Shown in pieces: positions 62,174 through 64,000 of a DNA stretch of 64,000 bases. The first letter of the stretch is position 1. The number at the start of each line of letters is the position of its first letter. This DNA is from Takakia lepidozioides (lineage: Eukaryota; Plantae; Bryophyta). The stretch lies in NCBI GenBank assembly GCA_030704615.1, contig CM060732.1:76384001-76448000 (forward strand), read 5' to 3'. A model generated the notes under the pieces. It had not been told where the DNA came from. It did not search any database and worked only from the letters and a program-made list of their open reading frames with translations. The translations under genes were made by a program, and so were the position numbers.

Positions 62174-63639
62174 ATGAAGAGAGTGAGAGGAATGGAAGAA
62201 ATCAGGGTGAAGAGCACCACAATCCTACAGAAACAAACGATTGCTACTCCACAGGCGGTACAGTTACTGAAGGAGCTGCGATTAGAAGGATTGCAAAGCA
62301 AAGATTGGACATTGCACCATAGGCAGTACATGTTACAATTCTTGTAGAACTTTGAGCCTAGGACAGGAGCAACAACGGTGAAGGGAGTTGAATTAGAAAT
62401 TACTCCCCTATACCTACAACAATTGTTTGAATTGCCATCAGGTCAGGTATTGCCACAACTACTATAGACAATGTCTATAGTAGGATAGCAGAGCTACAAG
62501 AGGATGTAGACGGCATGCAGACTCAGGTGGAGGACCTGACATCAAATATTGACAAGAGAGTCTTTGTATCTGAGGAGCAGCTGATGGCTTCTTATTTACA
62601 AGCCAGAACTTTTCAGTCTTCTTCGCAGGGGGTGCAGGAGCCAGTGCCACCAACACCACAACAAGTCACAGTGACAGTAGCTGACCCTGTTCTTACTATA
62701 GCCATACCACAGCCACCACAGCCTGAGGTATGGGGGGATGCTGCTTTTAACCCACCTAAAACTCCTGCTGCATGGGAGTACAGTCGGGCTATGATTATGC
62801 CCTTCAACCAAATTCCCATTGTATTGGATTTGGCTTGGAAGGAATTTAGTCCTCCACAGTCGTTGGCACATTACTACCAGATCATGCGCATTTGGCTGCC
62901 AGTGGCAACTAGGACTAAGGTTCTTCCAAACAATCGACCCATTGAGGATCATCACTTTGCAAGGTACTGACATGAAGCAAGTACCATGTTGAAGGAATTA
63001 ATTGCCTTCCAAGTTGTACATGGATTCATTTATACGAAGACCAAGGAAGTAGCAAGTATTGTCATGGGCTGCGGGTTATACTATGCTGCTTGTTTTCTGG
63101 CACGTTATCACATTGAACAGCAGAAGATGCAATCGTGCTTTCTGAGTTATTCCAGTGGGGATCATTGGGTCTTACCTTCAGTGCCACCTCATATGTACCT
63201 ATATGAGGCAAAAGTTATGATGCAAAAGGATTCTCAAATTCGTTCATGGTTTCATGCGGCCTGGAAAAATTTGTCAACACATAAATTCGGGCCTGACGAT
63301 ATTTTCTTTAAGGGCCATGAGGCATGGAAAAACTTGCATAATTCACAAGTCATTGGTACCCCACTCACCTGGACAGACAAGGAGCTCAGGGTCTTCACCA
63401 ATTTTGCCATTCAGCGCTTACAGCAAGTTTTGCAGTTTAAACTTCCAGACATGGTGGGACAACATTGTATGCCCCAGATGATTCCACAAAAAGTTCGGCC
63501 GTTAAAACACCTGAGATGCGATGAGGATTATGATACTATTGGTTCTTCAGCGGACTTTTTTGACATGGCAGAGGACTATGCAATTCAGATGGCAGAGAAG
63601 AAACGACGGGGGTCTCCTATGCCTGAAAGATTACCTTGA
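62174..63639 (+). pseudogene. Extra 3' ORF of family B (env-like position)
   Basis: Broken coding frames 62174-62470, 62515-62970 and 62986-63639. QFL.NF..TTVKGVELEITP..L..LFELP resembles plant-transposon accessory proteins. Confidence 0.6.
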
Positions 63640-63831
63640 TATCAGCCAAAAGAGGGACTGACATATCCAGGTAGTGTTCAATCATCTCCCTCAACCAGTG
63701 ACAGGACACGGGCTCGCACACGGAGTCCTTCACGAGACTCTCAACGTCACAAGGGTGCTCGCTCACAAAGGTTTGCTAATCCCAAACAGTAAACCGTGAG
63801 GACACGGCTTTTTGAGAGGATGAGGGGTAAA

Positions 63832-64000
63832 TGTTAGAGGGCTGCTTGGGACTTAGACGCTTTTACGGGATCTGTGGGGTACCCTTAATTTTTTACACAG
63901 ACTAAGACCGACAGGAGCCTTCGGGGTGACAACAACAGGCTTTAAGGGAGGAGATACACAGCCCAACACAGTCCATCACAGCCCGACACAGCCGACACAG
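63832..64000 (+). repeat. 3' LTR of family B (cut by window end)
   Basis: 9 mismatches in 169 bp against the 5' LTR, by manual count. Confidence 0.95.

Larger units (their letters stand above)
53284..64000 (+). mobile_element. Gypsy family B (non-chromovirus, Tat/Ogre-like layout), near full length
   Basis: 5' LTR, PBS, extra 5' ORF, gag-pol, extra 3' ORF, PPT GAGAGGATGAGGGGTAAA (63814-63831), 3' LTR from 63832 to the window end. Confidence 0.95.

Noticed and set aside
61137-62177. 346-aa ORF after the integrase
   Set aside because: The first third is a translated 21-bp repeat and no motif was recognised; not called as a gene.

Overview
This is eukaryotic, most likely non-seed land-plant, DNA. 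That is inferred from an intronless F-box/kelch-type gene and from PLS-type PPR, phytocyanin and cysteine-synthase fragments. After one intact F-box gene (1758-2918, -), most of the window is nested, decayed transposons. (1) A Mutator-like element with TIRs, a 9-bp TSD and a large palindromic repeat block (6975-13781), inserted into a ~120-bp satellite. (2) Two related hAT elements (16736-23675; 31565-~41230) whose family appears to carry a protein-kinase gene and a RING-H2 gene, each preceded by the same hairpin array. (3) A Ty3/Gypsy element on the minus strand (43146-53283+) whose polyprotein is gag-protease-C5 cytosine DNA methyltransferase-RT-RNaseH-integrase-PHD finger, with its RT/RNaseH block inverted. 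(4) A second, Tat/Ogre-like Gypsy family with extra 5' and 3' ORFs, present as a near-full copy (53284-64000+), a TSD-flanked solo LTR and an internally deleted copy. The standout is the methyltransferase- and PHD-encoding LTR retrotransposon. All calls come from motif reading and by-eye alignment; no searches were run.
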